Virus record (IMG/VR): IMGVR_UViG_3300045988_010453 | Span: 1 to 5,071 of that record | DNA length: 5,071 nt | Direction: 5' to 3' (one strand) | DNA from: a virus | Part shown: piece after piece, positions 4,025 to 5,071 of the stretch | Layout: the number at the start of each line of letters is the position of its first letter | How positions within the stretch are numbered: the stretch's first letter is position 1 | The notes under the pieces: generated by a model | Databases searched by the model: none | Seen by the model: only the letters and a program-made list of their open reading frames with translations | Told to the model about the DNA's origin: nothing | Translations under genes and position numbers: made by a program

Positions 4025-4753
4025 ATGTCTTGGCTTTCTGATACACTTGGCAGTATTGCTGGTTCTGTTTTTGGTTCTGCCGTTCAGAATCATTATAATT
4101 CTGCTGGTGCTGAACAGCAGAATGAGTGGAACGTTGAGAATTATAAACATCGTTATCAATGGTCTATTGAAGACATGCGTTCAGCTGGTCTTAATCCTAT
4201 TCTTGCTGCTACTAATGGTATAGGTGGTTCTGTATCTGGAGCTTCAGCTGCTTCTATAGGTTTGAGTGATATAGGTTCTACGATGAACTCTGCTAGAGCC
4301 GCTAGTGCCTCTCAGAGGCAGGCAAAGAATGCTGAGCATCTTGCAGTATCTCAGATTGATAAAAACGTTGCAGAAGCCGATTCTGTGCGTCAGAGCACCC
4401 ATGGAACAGTTCTCCAAAATGGTATTCTTGCAAATGATTTGAATCTGCGTGAGCAGACTTATGAACAGCGCCTTGGTTATGAGCTTGAAAAAATGCGCCT
4501 TGAACTTGAAAATATGCGTCTTCAAGGTTCTTACTTAAGTTCGGGTGTATTAAGTAACATTGCTTCTGCTAATCGGTCTAATTCTGCTGCTGCTTTTGAT
4601 AATATTCAGACTGAAATGGCAGGCATGGAGCGTGATTTTTATAAGAATATTGAGAGTTTAACTGGTGTACCTAAATCTGTTTCTACTGGGGTTGGTTCTA
4701 CTGTTAAAAATGTTTTAGGTATCCTTGGTGGTCGTTATTTTGGAAGGAGATAA
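4025..4753 (+). CDS. VP2: VP2 minor capsid / DNA pilot protein, gokushovirus type, 242 aa.
   Basis: It lies immediately downstream of VP1. The N-terminus is Gly/Ser/Ala-rich. The motif YQWSIEDMRSAGLNPILA is typical of gokushovirus VP2 (AGLNPxLA). A central heptad-like, Gln/Glu/Leu-rich region follows. The SD AGGTGA (4015-4020) has an aligned spacing of 7 nt. Confidence 0.88.
   Translation: MSWLSDTLGSIAGSVFGSAVQNHYNSAGAEQQNEWNVENYKHRYQWSIEDMRSAGLNPILAATNGIGGSVSGASAASIGLSDIGSTMNSARAASASQRQAKNAEHLAVSQIDKNVAEADSVRQSTHGTVLQNGILANDLNLREQTYEQRLGYELEKMRLELENMRLQGSYLSSGVLSNIASANRSNSAAAFDNIQTEMAGMERDFYKNIESLTGVPKSVSTGVGSTVKNVLGILGGRYFGRR
4484..4525 (+). repeat. In-frame tandem duplication of a 21-nt unit inside VP2 (LEKMRLE / LENMRLQ).
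   Basis: Unit 1 is cttgaaaaaatgcgccttgaa (4484-4504) and unit 2 is cttgaaaatatgcgtcttcaa (4505-4525). They are 18/21 identical and both start on a codon boundary. Confidence 0.85.
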
Positions 4754-4757
4754 TTTT

Positions 4758-4997
4758 ATGTCTAATAAAACTACTATGATTTTAACTTTTATTGTTTCCG
4801 TTGTTGTGCCTTTCATCCAGGAAGTTGTTGATCTTATTGAAGCTCTTAAAGGTAAAGCGTCTTCTAATACTGTTACTGCGAAAAAAGTTGCTTCGGACTT
4901 TCAAGCCGATGTTGCTCAGCTTGTTGAGCCAGTTTTAAATAAAAATGATTCTAAAAAAACTAGTCGTTTTTTCGGTTCTTGGAGGGATGCTAAATGA
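4758..4997 (+). CDS. Hypothetical 79-aa protein (ORF79) with an N-terminal hydrophobic, proline-containing helix. It is a candidate membrane or lysis protein.
   Basis: The SD GGAAGGAGA (4742-4750) has an aligned spacing of 7 nt to ATG 4758, four nt after the VP2 stop. Residues about 5-24 (TTMILTFIVSVVVPFIQEVV, Pro18) are hydrophobic. The rest is hydrophilic with a basic tail, KKTSRFFGSWRDAK. The stop TGA (4995-4997) overlaps the next ATG (ATGA). The track start at TTG 4725 is rejected because it overlaps VP2 and has the SD inside the ORF. Confidence 0.7.
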   Translation: MSNKTTMILTFIVSVVVPFIQEVVDLIEALKGKASSNTVTAKKVASDFQADVAQLVEPVLNKNDSKKTSRFFGSWRDAK

Positions 4998-5071
4998 GAC
5001 GTCGTCGTTTATCTAAACGAGGCTCTCGCCGTCTTTTTCGGCGTACCTCCCGCTCTCGTCGTCGAAATTTT
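4994..5071 (+). CDS. N-terminal part of the 36-aa arginine-rich J/VP8-like DNA-binding protein. It is truncated by the window end and completed by nt 56-88 of the circle.
   Basis: ATG 4994-4996 overlaps the ORF79 stop (ATGA). The SD GGAGG (4981-4985) has an aligned spacing of 8 nt. The translation begins MRRRRLSKRGSRRLFRRTSRSRRRNF and continues in frame into the duplicated left end. Confidence 0.8.
   Translation, partial: MRRRRLSKRGSRRLFRRTSRSRRRNF
5017..5071. repeat. Right copy of the 55-nt terminal redundancy, identical to 1-55.
   Basis: The match to nt 1-55 is exact and ends at the last base of the window. Confidence 0.97.

Noticed and set aside
450-4223. Other hydrophobic alternative-frame + strand ORFs: 450-686, 1818-2006, 2370-2672, 3564-3818 and 4017-4223.
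   Set aside because: The same compositional artefact applies (T at codon position 2 gives Leu/Ile/Val/Phe-rich products). Starts are GTG or TTG, or ATG without any SD. The start of 4017-4223 lies inside the VP2 SD itself.
113-4525. All seven minus-strand ORFs in the track (113-388, 407-1009, 1313-1735, 2405-2815, 3470-3739, 3815-4159, 4244-4525).
   Set aside because: Each lies antisense to a well-supported + strand gene. None has a Shine-Dalgarno at the 7-8 nt spacing used by the real genes. Their products are low-complexity Ile/Asn/Lys/Arg-rich shadows of a T-rich coding strand. Microviridae transcribe only one strand.

Overview
The window is a complete, circularly permuted genome of a small ssDNA phage of the family Microviridae. 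Gene content and order are gokushovirus-type. Nt 1-55 are identical to nt 5017-5071, so the unique circle is 5016 nt and the duplication is an assembly overlap. All credible genes lie on the T-rich + strand and are tightly packed. In order they are VP4 rolling-circle replication initiator (131-1042), an A+T-rich 94-aa orphan (1039-1323), a 93-aa VP5-like protein with a TTG start (1301-1582), VP3 scaffold (1691-2173), VP1 major capsid with a TTG start (2297-4012), VP2 pilot/minor capsid (4025-4753) and a 79-aa protein with an N-terminal hydrophobic helix (4758-4997). A 36-aa, 50% Arg/Lys J/VP8-like DNA-binding protein is split by the linearisation point (4994-5071 plus 1-88) and is absent from the ORF track. 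Non-coding signals are three promoters of identical design (TTGACA-N14-TGN-TAnnnT at 85, 1026 and 1560), one canonical intrinsic terminator (1605-1642), a 17-bp interrupted stem-loop after VP3 (2174-2222), a short GC-rich pentamer-repeat patch (1643-1670) and a 21-nt in-frame tandem duplication in VP2. I see no tRNA, rRNA, CRISPR array or transposon. No multi-gene novel system is visible. The most open questions are the two orphan small proteins, the promoter-terminator arrangement ahead of the structural genes, and the replication origin.
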